Program-made: the position numbers and the translations under genes
The notes under the pieces: generated by a model
What the model was told of the DNA's origin: nothing
Database searches by the model: none
The model's input: the letters and a program-made list of their open reading frames with translations, nothing else
In this document: positions 23,824 through 24,000 of the stretch, one piece after another
How positions within the stretch are numbered: position 1 is the first letter of the stretch
Layout: the number at the start of each line of letters is the position of its first letter
DNA from: Methanosarcinales archaeon
Lineage (GTDB): Archaea; Halobacteriota; Methanosarcinia; Methanosarcinales; Methanoperedenaceae
Direction of reading: 5' to 3'
DNA: 24,000 nt
Assembly (NCBI GenBank): GCA_905339155.1
Contig: CAJPFJ010000068.1
Coordinates: 1 to 24,000 of the forward strand

Positions 23824-24000
23824 GTGAAAAAACCATTAATGTATATCCTATTAGCTTTAGCAGTCCTTTTATCAGGATGTGTATCGACAATTGCTCCTGT
23901 TGACCCGTCGGACATAACAATTAATGTAGCGCCGATCGAAATGAAAGAATTCCAGGAAAAAGAAATATCAGTGAGCGTAATGAATAATGCTACACTTCCA
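23824..24000 (+). CDS. Putative lipoprotein, N-terminal part only (runs off the right edge)
   Basis: My own translation from the GTG at 23824, which is preceded by GGGTGAT 3 nt upstream, reads VKKPLMYILLALAVLLSGCVSTIAPVDPSD.... This is a signal peptide with a lipobox-like LLSGC. The frame stays open to the window end. Confidence 0.5.
   Translation, partial: MKKPLMYILLALAVLLSGCVSTIAPVDPSDITINVAPIEMKEFQEKEISVSVMNNATLP

Overview
The window looks archaeal and Methanosarcinales-like. I infer this from gene content only: ribosomal protein S6e, the archaeal mevalonate-pathway genes, a PGF-CTERM sorting signal, HisKA_2-type sensor kinases and hgcAB. It holds about 27 coding genes, many joined by 4-nt ATGA/TTGA overlaps.

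Left third:
- A minus-strand trio: a protein with a TiaS-N-terminal-like domain, an IorA-like TPP enzyme, and a pilin-like membrane protein that runs off the left edge.
- A secreted S16 (Lon-type) peptidase with a PGF-CTERM anchor.
- A mercury-methylation cassette, hgcA-hgcB. It is preceded on the same strand by a small AbrB/SpoVT-fold protein with three vicinal Cys-Cys pairs.

Middle:
- A KaiC-like ATPase with a small partner ORF, an AT-rich orphan ORF, a REC-PAS response regulator, and a polytopic PAS-PAS-HisKA_2 histidine kinase.
- This block is bracketed by a 78-nt direct repeat. The repeat is the 5' end of a molybdopterin oxidoreductase gene, with the intact copy at 11752-12309 and a 5' remnant at 6526-6606 that abuts the AbrB/hgcAB cassette.
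- A tightly coupled seven-gene minus-strand operon follows: ahcY, APH-like kinase, APS-kinase-like P-loop kinase, IMPase-family phosphatase, AcnX (DUF126) small subunit, a 73-aa ORF, and the Moco oxidoreductase.

Right third:
- The conserved archaeal isoprenoid cluster mvk-ipk-idi2-RNase J-idsA.
- The cluster is interrupted between RNase J and idsA by a ~445-nt non-coding spacer containing two identical 19-nt hairpin repeats 348 nt apart.
- rps6e and a partial lipoprotein gene close the window.

I found no rRNA, tRNA, CRISPR array or recognisable transposase. The items most worth follow-up are the Cys-rich AbrB protein with hgcAB, the gene-remnant repeat, the hairpin-flanked spacer, and the phosphotransfer genes coupled to ahcY.
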